Source of the DNA: Gammaproteobacteria bacterium
Lineage (GTDB): Bacteria; Pseudomonadota; Gammaproteobacteria; Arenicellales; JAANXG01
Assembly: GCA_024639325.1 (NCBI GenBank)
Contig: JAHEIO010000005.1
Coordinates: forward strand, 1,090-65,089
DNA length: 64,000 bases
Reading direction: 5' to 3'
Every line of letters starts with the position of its first letter. Positions within the stretch are counted from its first letter, which is position 1. The notes below the pieces were generated by a model that did not search any database, was not told the DNA's origin, and was given only the letters and a program-made list of their open reading frames with translations. Positions 50,921 to 61,150 of the stretch are shown here, piece after piece. Position numbers and translations under genes: made by a program.

Positions 50921-51919
50921 ATGGCAGATCACGTCTTTCACTGTATCGATGGGCACACCGCCGGTATGCCCGTCAGGCTGGTCACGGACGGCGTGCCACT
51001 TCTGCGAGGAGATACCCAGAGCGAGCGACGTCAGCACTTCCTGCGGGAATACGACTGGATAAGGAAATCACTCATGCTGGAGCCCCGTGGCCACGATGCT
51101 ATGTCGGGCGCACTGCTGTATCCGGCCGCCCGCGATGAATTCGATATGGGGCTCGTATTCATCGAGACCTCGGGTTCTTTGCCGATGTGCGGCCACGGCA
51201 CCATCGGTTCCGTCACCTTCGCACTGGAACGAGGCCTCGTCGAACCCGCCCGGCCGGGCGTCGTCAGGGTCGAGACGCCCGCGGGTCTGGTGGTGGCGGA
51301 ATACGATAAAGTGGGAAACAAGGTGCGTTCCGTGAGGCTGAACAACGTCCCTTCCTTTCTGCTGATCGAAGACCTGGTTGTCGAATTCAAACCGCTCGGT
51401 AGACTGACCATGGATATTGCCTACGGAGGCAACTTCTACGCCATTGTCGAACCCCAGCAAAATTATTCCGACGCGTCGGATTTTTCTGTATCGGAGCTGC
51501 GCCGGATGGGCTGGGAGTTGCAGTGCCTGATCAACGACACCAACGATATCGTGCATCCGCTGGATGAGAGCATCCGCGGAGTGAAGCACTGCATGTGGAC
51601 GGGCAGGCCCTCCCGGCCAGGTTCGGACGGACGCAGCGTGGTGATCGCCGGTGAAAGCCTGGTTGACCGCTCACCCTGCGGCACCGGAACCAGCGCACGC
51701 ATAGCGCAACGCGTCGCACGCGGCCTTCTCGAAGTGGATCAATCGTTTGTCCACGAGAGCGTGATCGGCAGTCAGTTCACCGGACGGGCCGTGAACGAAG
51801 TCCCGGTGGGCGATCTGAATGCCGTTGTTCCGACCGTCGAAGGCAGCGCGTGGATCACCGGCCTGAACACGATCTTCGTCAACGATGACGATCCGTTTCC
51901 CGAGGGATTTCGCGTGTGA
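50921..51919 (+). CDS. 4-hydroxyproline 2-epimerase (proline racemase family)
   Basis: IDGHTAG.PVR, EPRGH, MCGHGTIG, YGGNFY, DRSPCGTGTSA (two catalytic Cys). Confidence 0.92.
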   Translation: MADHVFHCIDGHTAGMPVRLVTDGVPLLRGDTQSERRQHFLREYDWIRKSLMLEPRGHDAMSGALLYPAARDEFDMGLVFIETSGSLPMCGHGTIGSVTFALERGLVEPARPGVVRVETPAGLVVAEYDKVGNKVRSVRLNNVPSFLLIEDLVVEFKPLGRLTMDIAYGGNFYAIVEPQQNYSDASDFSVSELRRMGWELQCLINDTNDIVHPLDESIRGVKHCMWTGRPSRPGSDGRSVVIAGESLVDRSPCGTGTSARIAQRVARGLLEVDQSFVHESVIGSQFTGRAVNEVPVGDLNAVVPTVEGSAWITGLNTIFVNDDDPFPEGFRV

Positions 51920-51951
51920 CGAAGTTACTGAAATTGGCCGTGCGAGGTATT

Positions 51952-52896
51952 CTAAAACTCTCCGCTCAAGGTAATTGCCGCGAACGGAGAGCTGTCATAA
52001 TCGCCGGAGGACAGTTTCTCGCCGGCGGAGTTTTTGAGCTCCAGTTTTCCGTCTAACGTTGCCCCGATATAGAGATCCAGATCCAGACCGCTTTTTCCTG
52101 ATCGATGCAATCGAGCGAAGGTCAATATTCCTTCGTTACTGCCGATGCCGTTAGGGGCCAGGCCCTCATCATCCAATCTGAAGCGGAACTTGCGGTAAAC
52201 ACCGCCGGCACCCAGGTACCAGTTTTCGTTGATCGTATAGCTCAGTTCGAGGCCCGCCGGACCCAGCACGTCTGCTTCGAAAGGATTCGCTACGCGCCAC
52301 TTTTCGTTGAATCGCCAGTCGACCGCGAGAAAGGGAAATACTTTCCACTCGTCCTCGACATTCCTGAACGCTGCCGCGCCCAGTCCCAGCCGCTTTTCCC
52401 GTGAAAAACTCCTGAATGCCATCAGAGGTGTTCCGAAGGTCATCGAATCGCTGCTGTCGGCACCGTATTCCTGCAGCCAATCGACGGACGGCGACAGCCC
52501 CACCGTCCAGGCTGACCCGAAGCGGATGAAGATCGGGATACCCAGGCCGAATCGTCTGACGTCGTTCCAGGGTTCCACTCCGCCGAATTCCGTCAGACCC
52601 TTGAAATCGTAGTCATCGACATCGTACTTGACGCTCAACCCGACAATGGTGGTCGGAGAAATCGCTTTGGTTGCCTTGAATCGGAAGAAAGCGCTCGACA
52701 GGCTGAATTCTCCGCCACCATCAATATCGCTTTTCGGTTGGTGGAATGCCGTGAAAGAGGCTGAAAAATCGACGTTCGAGCGGTCTGCAGACGCCGATTC
52801 TGCTGCCTCAGCGGGAATGGTTGGCATCAGCGAAAAAGCGGAGATCACCAGTGCCAATAGGCGCTGCCCCCCACGTGATGAATGTTTGGACTTCAA
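51952..52896 (-). CDS. Putative outer-membrane beta-barrel protein
   Basis: Signal peptide, amphipathic beta strands, terminal Phe (AITLSGEF). Confidence 0.7.
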   Translation of the reverse strand: MKSKHSSRGGQRLLALVISAFSLMPTIPAEAAESASADRSNVDFSASFTAFHQPKSDIDGGGEFSLSSAFFRFKATKAISPTTIVGLSVKYDVDDYDFKGLTEFGGVEPWNDVRRFGLGIPIFIRFGSAWTVGLSPSVDWLQEYGADSSDSMTFGTPLMAFRSFSREKRLGLGAAAFRNVEDEWKVFPFLAVDWRFNEKWRVANPFEADVLGPAGLELSYTINENWYLGAGGVYRKFRFRLDDEGLAPNGIGSNEGILTFARLHRSGKSGLDLDLYIGATLDGKLELKNSAGEKLSSGDYDSSPFAAITLSGEF

Positions 52897-53110
52897 AATA
52901 TCGGATACAGGTTTCTGTTATGGATTATGGGGTTATTATCTAATACCAACCATGTTATAGAAGTGGTTTATTGAATTATTTTTGGTTCGTTTTACTGATG
53001 CGCCTACTATCAATGTAGCAGGCCTGCCCGTGTTTCTCAGCCCACGTGTCGCGCCCACCCGCGCCCTGGCGCAATGGCCGGGCAGGGTCATGGCACTATC
53101 ATGCCACATA

Positions 53111-53126
53111 CTGTATAAATATACAG
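53111..53126. promoter_or_regulatory. LexA (SOS) box of dnaE2
   Basis: taCTGTATAAATATACAGc, near-consensus, 1 nt before the ATG. Confidence 0.92.
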
Positions 53127-53127
53127 C

Positions 53128-56100
53128 ATGTCGCCGAAATATGCTGAACTCCACTGTTTGACCAATTTTAGTTTCCTTCGCGGGGCATCTCACCCGGAAG
53201 AGCTGGTCGAACGCGCCTGGCAACTGCAATACTCGGCACTGGCGATTACCGATGAATGTTCGATATCCGGCGTAGTCCGGGCACACCTCCGGAGCAGGGA
53301 ATTGCATCCTGGAAACAGCGAACGAAAACCCGCGGCCGGAGCTCTAAAGCTGATCATCGGCAGTGAGTTCGTGTTGACCGAGGGGGTGAAGGTCGTCTTG
53401 CTGGCCACGAGTCGCAACGGCTACGGCCAGTTGTGCGAGCTGATCACCACGGCCCGACGGGCGGCGGAGAAAGGCGGCTATCGCCTGGACCGGGAAATGT
53501 TGCTGGATCATTGCCTCGATGAGTGTATTTGCCTGTGGTGCCCGGTTCCGCAAATCGACGACTTTGTTCATTTGGAACGAGGCCGCTGGCTGAAGCACTA
53601 TTTTCCGGACCGGCTCTGGATTTCCGTGGAGTTGTTGATGCGGCAAGATGACCGCCGGTGGCTGCAGAGATCCGGTGCGCTTGGCTCACGGCTGAAGTTG
53701 CCTCTGTGTGCCAGCGGCGATGTGCACATGCACAGACGTTACCGGCGATCCCTGCAGGATACCCTGACCGCGATCCGCCTGAAACGGCCCTTGAGTCGGG
53801 TCGGCCTCGATCTGTTCCCGAATGGAGAACGCCACTTGAGGCCGCTTCATCGCCTGAGCCGGATCTACCCGCGGGGGTTGCTGGCGGCAACCTGCGAGAT
53901 CGCGTCCCGGTGCCACTTTTCCCTGGATGAGCTGCGCTACGAATACCCCAGGGAACTGGTCCGGGACGGCTATACGCCAATTGGGTGGCTCACCCACTTG
54001 ACGAAGCAGGGCATGCGGCGCCGGTGGCCCGATAAAGTGCCGGACAAGGTGAAAAAGCTGGTCAGGCACGAACTCGCGCTCATTCGGGAGCTGCGCTATG
54101 AGTCCTATTTTCTTACGGTTTACGACATCGTCTGTTTTGCCCGCGAGCAGGGCATTTTGTGTCAGGGCCGGGGATCCGCGGCCAACTCGGCCATTTGTTA
54201 CTGCCTGGGGATTACCGAGGTCGATCCCGCCCGCATGGACCTGCTGTTCGAGCGCTTTATCTCGCGTGAACGCAATGAACCCCCGGATATCGACGTCGAT
54301 TTCGAGCATGAGCGGCGGGAAGAGGTCATTCAGTACATCTATGACAAATACGGCAGGGAGCGTGCGGCGTTGGCCGCTACGGTCATCACCTACCGGCCCC
54401 GAAGTGCCATTCGTGATGTCGGCAAGGCACTGGGACTGGACCTCAATCAGTTGGATCGGCTGGCCAAATCAATACAGTGGTGGGACCGGGATGTGCTGCG
54501 GTCGGAAGCGTTGCGGGGACTGGGTTTCGATCCCGACAGCCCGCGGTTGAAGCTGCTCGCCGCACTGGTCGGCGAATTGATCGGGTTCCCACGGCACCTG
54601 TCACAGCACGTCGGCGGGTTCATCATCGCTGAAAGCAGGGTGTCGCGGCTCGTGCCCATCGAAAACGCAGCCATGCCCGAACGCACGGTAATCCAGTGGG
54701 AAAAAGGTGATCTCGAGGCGCTGGGGCTGCTCAAGGTCGATGTCCTGGGCCTGGGTATGCTCACTGCTATTCGCAAGGCACTGTCCTATCTGTCAAAGCA
54801 AACGGGCCGCCGCTGGTCCATGGCGGATGTGCCCGCGGAGGATCCGGAGGTCTACCGCATGCTGCAGAAAGCCGACACTATCGGTGTATTCCAGATCGAG
54901 TCGCGCGCCCAGATGTCGATGCTGCCCAGGCTGAGGCCCCGCTCTTACTATGATCTGGTCATCGAGATCGCCATTGTCCGGCCCGGGCCTATACAGGGCG
55001 AAATGGTCCATCCGTATCTGCGGCGCCGGAACGGCACGGAGCCGGTGACGTACCCCAGCCCCGAGGTCAGGAGTGTACTGGAGCGTACTCTGGGCGTGCC
55101 CATATTCCAGGAGCAGGTCATGCAACTGTCCATTGTCGCCGCTGGTTTCACCCCGGGGGAAGCGGATCAGCTGCGGCGGAGTATGGCGGCCTGGAAACGG
55201 CGGGGCGGGCTGCAGAAGTTTCAGGAGAAGCTAAAGCAGGGCATGCGTGAACGCGGCTATGGCAGCCAGTTTGCCGACCAGATATGTCAACAGATACAGG
55301 GATTCGGTGAGTACGGTTTTCCCGAGTCCCACTCGGCGAGTTTTGCCCTGCTGGCCTACGTATCGGCATGGCTCAAACGGCACCACCCGGCCATATTCAC
55401 CTGCGCTTTGCTTAACAGCCTGCCGATGGGTTTTTACGCGCCGGCCCAACTGGTGGCGGACGCAGTCCGGCACGGCGTCGATGTGCTACCCGTCGATGTT
55501 CAGTACAGTATCGCGGATTCCACCGTGGAAGGCGCATCGACCCTCCGACTGGGCCTGAGACGCGTCAAAGGCCTTTCGGAGTCAGGCATGGCGCGCATTG
55601 TCCGTGCCCGCGAATACCAACCCTTCATCGACGTTCAAGATCTCGGTGACCGTGCCGAACTGAATCGACACGACCTGGAGTGTCTGGCTTCGGCGGACGC
55701 GCTGATCGGCCTGAGCGGGCACAGGCACCGGGCTTTCTGGTCGGTCAGTGGAGTCGAAAGATCCATGCCTGTGCTGCCATCGCCTCGATTTGCCGAAGCA
55801 GACCCTCTTCTGAGGCATCCCACCGAAGGCGAGAACATTGTTGCCGACTATGCCCATGTCGGCCTCAGTCTCCGGCGCCATCCTGTCGCCTTGCTGCGGG
55901 CGCGCCTGGACCGGGAGAGCATATGCCCTGCACAGCACCTGTGGGCGTTGCGTGACGGCTCGACGGCGACTGCCGCAGGGCTGGTCATCAACCGTCAACG
56001 CCCCGGCTCGGCGTCCGGGGTGATTTTCATGACCCTGGAGGACGAGACCGGATACGTCAATGTCGTGGTCTGGCCCGGCATCGCCGAAACCCAGCGTCAG

Positions 56101-56241
56101 GCTCTGCTGTGTTCGAGACTGCTCGCCGTGACCGGACGGGTGCAAAAAGAAGACGACGTATTGCACCTGGTAGCCGGGAAGCTGTGGGATCTGAGCAACT
56201 GGCTGGGCGAGCTGACCGCGCGTTCGCGTGATTTTTGCTAG
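53128..56241 (+). CDS. dnaE2: Error-prone DNA polymerase DnaE2 (ImuC)
   Basis: YAELHCLTNFSFLRGASHPEEL, GRGSAANS, PPDIDVDFE, YGFPESH, C-terminal SRDF. Confidence 0.97.
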   Translation: MSPKYAELHCLTNFSFLRGASHPEELVERAWQLQYSALAITDECSISGVVRAHLRSRELHPGNSERKPAAGALKLIIGSEFVLTEGVKVVLLATSRNGYGQLCELITTARRAAEKGGYRLDREMLLDHCLDECICLWCPVPQIDDFVHLERGRWLKHYFPDRLWISVELLMRQDDRRWLQRSGALGSRLKLPLCASGDVHMHRRYRRSLQDTLTAIRLKRPLSRVGLDLFPNGERHLRPLHRLSRIYPRGLLAATCEIASRCHFSLDELRYEYPRELVRDGYTPIGWLTHLTKQGMRRRWPDKVPDKVKKLVRHELALIRELRYESYFLTVYDIVCFAREQGILCQGRGSAANSAICYCLGITEVDPARMDLLFERFISRERNEPPDIDVDFEHERREEVIQYIYDKYGRERAALAATVITYRPRSAIRDVGKALGLDLNQLDRLAKSIQWWDRDVLRSEALRGLGFDPDSPRLKLLAALVGELIGFPRHLSQHVGGFIIAESRVSRLVPIENAAMPERTVIQWEKGDLEALGLLKVDVLGLGMLTAIRKALSYLSKQTGRRWSMADVPAEDPEVYRMLQKADTIGVFQIESRAQMSMLPRLRPRSYYDLVIEIAIVRPGPIQGEMVHPYLRRRNGTEPVTYPSPEVRSVLERTLGVPIFQEQVMQLSIVAAGFTPGEADQLRRSMAAWKRRGGLQKFQEKLKQGMRERGYGSQFADQICQQIQGFGEYGFPESHSASFALLAYVSAWLKRHHPAIFTCALLNSLPMGFYAPAQLVADAVRHGVDVLPVDVQYSIADSTVEGASTLRLGLRRVKGLSESGMARIVRAREYQPFIDVQDLGDRAELNRHDLECLASADALIGLSGHRHRAFWSVSGVERSMPVLPSPRFAEADPLLRHPTEGENIVADYAHVGLSLRRHPVALLRARLDRESICPAQHLWALRDGSTATAAGLVINRQRPGSASGVIFMTLEDETGYVNVVVWPGIAETQRQALLCSRLLAVTGRVQKEDDVLHLVAGKLWDLSNWLGELTARSRDFC

Positions 56242-56244
56242 GTT

Positions 56245-56273
56245 TTGACAGGTCCACCGGCCATCTATATGAT
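56245..56273 (+). promoter_or_regulatory. sigma70 promoter of the rpmF-plsX-fab operon
   Basis: TTGACA-17 nt-TATGAT. Confidence 0.8.
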
Positions 56274-56354
56274 GCGCCGACCATACACGATGTAACGCGG
56301 GCCCGATTGCGTTATGTCATTGTTTTGATTAATCATTTGTAAGCAAGGACCAAC

Positions 56355-56543
56355 ATGGCCGTACAACAGAACCGAAAAACACCGTCCAAGCGGGGTATGC
56401 GGCGCTCCCACGACGCCCTGGGTAAACCCACGTTATCCACCGACCCGGTAACCGGGGAGCTGCACCGCCGGCATCACACCACTCCCACGGGGTACTACCG
56501 GGGCAAGCAGGTGGTACGAATCAAGTCCGAGGACGACGAATAG
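56355..56543 (+). CDS. rpmF: 50S ribosomal protein L32
   Basis: [20 protein letters not shown]. Confidence 0.97.
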   Translation: MAVQQNRKTPSKRGMRRSHDALGKPTLSTDPVTGELHRRHHTTPTGYYRGKQVVRIKSEDDE

Positions 56544-56585
56544 CCTTTTGACGTATAGTCGTTAGGTGGAAAATCCAGGCTTATC

Positions 56586-57602
56586 GTGAGCATCACCATT
56601 GCCGTTGATGCAATGGGTGGAGACCATGGCCCGAAAGTAACGGTCCCGGGGTCACTGGCGGCACTCGCGCACGAAAATGATCTGAACCTGATCCTGGTCG
56701 GAAAACCGGACCATATCGAAGCGCAACTCAGCAAGTCGGGCCCAGGGACGAGCAGTATCCAGGTTCAACCTGCTTCGGAGACCGTGGAGATGAACGAAGA
56801 CCCGGCGCGGGCCCTGCGCCGTAAAAAGGATTCTTCCATGCGGGTCGCAATCAATCTGGTAAAATCCGGTGAGGCGGATGCCTGTCTGAGCGCGGGGAAT
56901 ACGGGTGCCCTGATGGCGACTTCGCGTTTCGTTCTCAAAACGCTGCCAGGCATCGATAGGCCTGCAATCGTTGCGGCACTGCCATCGCTCCGGGGACATG
57001 TCCACGTGCTCGATCTCGGCGCAAATGTCGACAGTCCGCCGGAGCTGCTGCTCCAATTCGCGATCATGGGTTCGGTGCTGGTAAAACGGGTCGAGCACAA
57101 GCCCAAGCCAAGCATAGGCTTGCTGAATATCGGCGTCGAGGACATAAAGGGTAATGGTATTGTCAAGCGGGCAGCTGAACTGATTCAGCAGAGCGGGTTG
57201 AACTATTGCGGATACGTGGAGGGCGACGCCATCTATACCGGTGACGTCGACGTGATCGTGTGCGACGGTTTCGACGGCAATGTTGCGCTAAAGGCCAGCG
57301 AGGGCCTGGCCACGATGATTTCCAGCATAATGAGGGAAGAATTCAGCAGGAGCGCGTTCAGAAAATTTGCCGGTATGTTTGCATTGCCCATCGTCAATGC
57401 CTTCAGAAAAAAAATCGACCACCGAAGGTACAACGGCGCTACCCTGGTCGGCCTGAACGGGATCGTGATCAAGAGCCATGGCGGCGCGGATGCCCTGGCT
57501 TTCAGGCAGTCGCTGCTGGTGGCCGCTACAGCAGTCAGGGAAAAGGTCATTGGCCATCTGTCGGATGAGCTTTCCCGGACCCTGCAGGCAGTACCTCATT
57601 GA
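56586..57602 (+). CDS. plsX: Phosphate acyltransferase PlsX
   Basis: [33 protein letters not shown]. Confidence 0.96.
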   Translation: MSITIAVDAMGGDHGPKVTVPGSLAALAHENDLNLILVGKPDHIEAQLSKSGPGTSSIQVQPASETVEMNEDPARALRRKKDSSMRVAINLVKSGEADACLSAGNTGALMATSRFVLKTLPGIDRPAIVAALPSLRGHVHVLDLGANVDSPPELLLQFAIMGSVLVKRVEHKPKPSIGLLNIGVEDIKGNGIVKRAAELIQQSGLNYCGYVEGDAIYTGDVDVIVCDGFDGNVALKASEGLATMISSIMREEFSRSAFRKFAGMFALPIVNAFRKKIDHRRYNGATLVGLNGIVIKSHGGADALAFRQSLLVAATAVREKVIGHLSDELSRTLQAVPH

Positions 57603-58570
57603 GCTTCGCACGAGTCATCGGCACCGGCGGCTATTTGCCGGAGAAAGTGCTCACCAGCGCGGAACTGGAAAAGATGGTGGACACGACCGAGCAGTGGATC
57701 ATCTCGCGCACCGGAGTCCGTGAACGGCGAATCGCCGCCGACCATGAGCGCACCAGCGATCTGGCCGAGCGCGCATCCCGGGCAGCACTAGACGAAGCCG
57801 GGATATCTCCGCAGGAACTCGACCTGATCATCGTCGCCACCACGACACCGGATCACGTCTTTCCCAGTGTGGCCTGTCTCCTTCAGGACCGCCTGGGAAT
57901 ACATAATGGCGGACCCGCATTCGACATTCAGGCGGTTTGTACCGGTTTTGTATACGCTCTGGACGTGGTGAACCGTTTTTTTCTGACCGGCGCCTCGAAG
58001 AAGGCCCTGGTGGTGGGTGCGGAAACCTTCAGCCGCATCATCGACTGGACGGACCGAAACACCTGCATTCTGTTTGGAGATGGCGCCGGCGCCGTCGTGT
58101 TGGAGGCGGCGGATGAACCCGGCATCGTGTCGACGCATCTGCACGCGGATGGCAAATACCACGAACTTCTGAGCGTTCCCATGGGCGTATCGGCGAATTA
58201 CGAACAGGTGCTGAAGGGCGAAGCCTACACCCAGATGCGCGGCAGTGAAGTGTTCAAATGGGCGGTAAAGGCACTGGGCGACATCGTCGATGAAACTCTG
58301 CTGGCGAACTCGCTTGAAAAATCCGACATAGATTGGCTCATACCCCACCAGGCCAATATACGAATCATCAACGCGACCGCGAAAAAGCTGGATATGAATA
58401 TGAATCGGGTGATCGTTACCGTTGATCGCCATGGAAATACCTCCGCCGCGTCGATACCGCTCGCTTTCAACGAAGCCGTTCGCGACGGTCGAATCCAACG
58501 CGGCCAGAAAGTCATCATGGAAGGGTTCGGTGGTGGTTTTACCTGGGGCTCCATCCTCCTCGTCTATTAG
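57599..58570 (+). CDS. fabH: 3-oxoacyl-ACP synthase III
   Basis: [34 protein letters not shown]. Confidence 0.96.
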   Translation: MSFARVIGTGGYLPEKVLTSAELEKMVDTTEQWIISRTGVRERRIAADHERTSDLAERASRAALDEAGISPQELDLIIVATTTPDHVFPSVACLLQDRLGIHNGGPAFDIQAVCTGFVYALDVVNRFFLTGASKKALVVGAETFSRIIDWTDRNTCILFGDGAGAVVLEAADEPGIVSTHLHADGKYHELLSVPMGVSANYEQVLKGEAYTQMRGSEVFKWAVKALGDIVDETLLANSLEKSDIDWLIPHQANIRIINATAKKLDMNMNRVIVTVDRHGNTSAASIPLAFNEAVRDGRIQRGQKVIMEGFGGGFTWGSILLVY

Positions 58571-58583
58571 CAGTCGGCAAAAA

Positions 58584-59336
58584 ATGCAGGTTAAGCTCGA
58601 CAATGAAGTCTGCCTCGTTACCGGGGCCACTCGGGGCATCGGGAAAGCCATAGCGACGGCACTGGCCCGAGCCGGGGGTGTCGTCATCGGCACCGCGACC
58701 TCCGATAGGGGAGCTTCGATAATCGACGGCTATTTCAGCGAGCGTGGTCTCTCCGGCAGCGGCGCCGTGCTGAACGTTGTCGATTCCGCAGCGGTTACCG
58801 AACTTGTGGACAAGGTTCGCCGAGAGCGGGGTGCACCCACGGTGCTTATCAACAATGCGGGCATCACCCGCGACAATCTGCTGCTTAGGATGAGCGAGGA
58901 TGAGTGGGATGACGTGCTCGATACCGATCTGAAATCCGTTTACCGTGTCAGCAAGGCTTGCCTGCGCGGTATGACCAAAGCCAGACACGGAAGGATTGTC
59001 AACGTTACCTCCGTAGTCGGCGCGTCCGGCAACCCGGGCCAGAGCAACTACGCCGCGGCCAAGGCGGGCATGGTCGGATTCACCAAATCCCTGGCCGCGG
59101 AGGTTGCCACCCGGGGTGTAACGGTTAATGCGGTTGCCCCGGGGTTCATCGACACCGAAATGACGCGCGCACTATCGGAATCGCAGCGGGAACAGCTGCT
59201 TCGACGGATTCCCGTGGGGCGCCTTGGAACGCCGGAAGATGTCGCTCAGGCCGTTGTATTTCTGGCGTCGGGCGCCGCCTGTTACATTACCGGCGTAACC
59301 CTGCATGTCAACGGTGGCATGTATATGACGTATTGA
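58584..59336 (+). CDS. fabG: 3-oxoacyl-ACP reductase
   Basis: TGATRGIG, NNAGITRDNL, NYAAAK, VAPGFIDT, VNGGMYM. Confidence 0.96.
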   Translation: MQVKLDNEVCLVTGATRGIGKAIATALARAGGVVIGTATSDRGASIIDGYFSERGLSGSGAVLNVVDSAAVTELVDKVRRERGAPTVLINNAGITRDNLLLRMSEDEWDDVLDTDLKSVYRVSKACLRGMTKARHGRIVNVTSVVGASGNPGQSNYAAAKAGMVGFTKSLAAEVATRGVTVNAVAPGFIDTEMTRALSESQREQLLRRIPVGRLGTPEDVAQAVVFLASGAACYITGVTLHVNGGMYMTY

Positions 59337-59483
59337 TTTTTAGGTGATTGGAATTCTGAATTTTGCGGGATTCAAACCAAAGCCGTGTATCATCCAATGT
59401 TGCGTCAACATTGGACTTGCTACCCGGATTGTTGTTAACTATGCGGCCTGAACAGGCTGGATTTACTGGAGGATATTTTACTC

Positions 59484-59717
59484 ATGAGCAGTGTTGAAGA
59501 ACGCGTCAAGAAGATTGTCGTCGAACAGCTGGGTGTAGGGGAGGATCAGGTTACGGCCGAGGCATCGTTTGTGGATGATCTGGGCGCAGACTCGCTCGAT
59601 ACGGTCGAGCTGGTAATGGCTCTTGAGGAAGAGTTCGAAACGGAGATACCGGACGAGGAAGCGGAAAAGATCACTACGGTTCAGCAGGCTATCGATTACA
59701 TCAACCAGAAGACCTGA
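59484..59717 (+). CDS. acpP: Acyl carrier protein
   Basis: [20 protein letters not shown]. Confidence 0.98.
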   Translation: MSSVEERVKKIVVEQLGVGEDQVTAEASFVDDLGADSLDTVELVMALEEEFETEIPDEEAEKITTVQQAIDYINQKT

Positions 59718-59883
59718 ACGGGATCCGGTGTGGTGCGGGGCCGCTGCCGGTCAAGCAAATCGGTCTCGTGGTTTCCAATAGTCTGTCGTGACGTCATCAT
59801 CCGGGATCGTGGCAGGGCCGCTGACCAGGGAAGCGCCGCCGCGCATTTCGTAATCCAGGGATTCACATCGGTAAGTTTGTCAT

Positions 59884-61125
59884 ATGCGTGATCGCCGCGT
59901 TGTCGTTACAGGACTGGGTATTATTTCTCCCCTCGGTGTCGGCATCGATGACAACTGGCGGCGCATCGTCGACGGAAACAGCGGAATCGGACCCATCGAT
60001 CGTTTCGATGCCGCGGGCATCGCCAGCACCATCGCGGGTCAGGCGGACGAGTTCCACGCAGAAAATTATTTCTCGCCCAAAGACACCCGTAAAATGGACC
60101 GATTCATCCAGCTCGGTATGGCTACGGGAATGGATGCGTTTGCCGATTCCGGTCTGGAGATCGACGAACGCAATGCAAATCGCGCTGGCGTATACATTGG
60201 CTCCGGCATTGGCGGTGTGGAGACAATCGAAAAAATGGCGCTTACCTATGAACAAAAAGGACCCCGGCGCATATCCCCATTCTACGTTCCCATGTCGATC
60301 ATCAATATGATATCCGGCAACCTTTCGATCATGTATGGACTGAAGGGCCCGAACCTATCGATGGTAACCGCTTGTACCACGGGGACCCATGCCATAGGTG
60401 AGGCCGGGCGGCTCATCGAATATGGTGACGCGGATGTCATGATCGCGGGCGGCGCCGAAGCGGCCATTACGCCCACCGCCATGGCCGGATTCTCCAACGC
60501 CAAGGCGCTCAGTACGCGGAACGATGCCCCGGAGGCCGCAAGCAGACCCTGGGACAGGGGTCGGGACGGATTCGTGATGGGGGAAGGTGCGGGCGTGATG
60601 GTGCTCGAGGAGTTGGAACACGCTCGGGCGCGCGGCGCGCGGATCTACGCGGAGCTGGCCGGGTTTGGCATGAGCGCCGACGCGTACCACATGACCAGCC
60701 CGTCTCCCGGTGGCGAAGGTGCGGCGCAGTGCATGAACAACTGCATGAGAAATGCCGGAATCAACCCGGATGAGGTGGGCTACATCAATGCCCACGGGAC
60801 GTCCACCCCGCAAGGAGACATCGCCGAAACAATGGCTGTCAAATCCAGCTTCGACGATCATGCGTTTGAACTGGCGGTCAGTTCCACCAAATCCATGATT
60901 GGCCATTTGTTGGGTGCGGCCGGTGGGGTGGAGGCGGTCTATACCGCGCTCGCTCTTCATCATCAGATATTGCCCCCGACAATCAATCTGCACGATCCTG
61001 ACCCGGAGTGCGATCTGGACTTCGTCGCCAACGCCGCGCGGGATGTTGAATTCGATGTTGCGCTGAGTAATTCCTTCGGCTTCGGTGGGACCAACGGCAC
61101 GATTGCACTTAGACGCTTGACTTGA
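59884..61125 (+). CDS. fabF: 3-oxoacyl-ACP synthase II
   Basis: RRVVVTGLG, TACTTG, INAHGTST, SSTKSMIGHLLG, NSFGFGGTN. Confidence 0.97.
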   Translation: MRDRRVVVTGLGIISPLGVGIDDNWRRIVDGNSGIGPIDRFDAAGIASTIAGQADEFHAENYFSPKDTRKMDRFIQLGMATGMDAFADSGLEIDERNANRAGVYIGSGIGGVETIEKMALTYEQKGPRRISPFYVPMSIINMISGNLSIMYGLKGPNLSMVTACTTGTHAIGEAGRLIEYGDADVMIAGGAEAAITPTAMAGFSNAKALSTRNDAPEAASRPWDRGRDGFVMGEGAGVMVLEELEHARARGARIYAELAGFGMSADAYHMTSPSPGGEGAAQCMNNCMRNAGINPDEVGYINAHGTSTPQGDIAETMAVKSSFDDHAFELAVSSTKSMIGHLLGAAGGVEAVYTALALHHQILPPTINLHDPDPECDLDFVANAARDVEFDVALSNSFGFGGTNGTIALRRLT

Positions 61126-61150
61126 CCTGCAGGCTACACTCCCTAGAACC

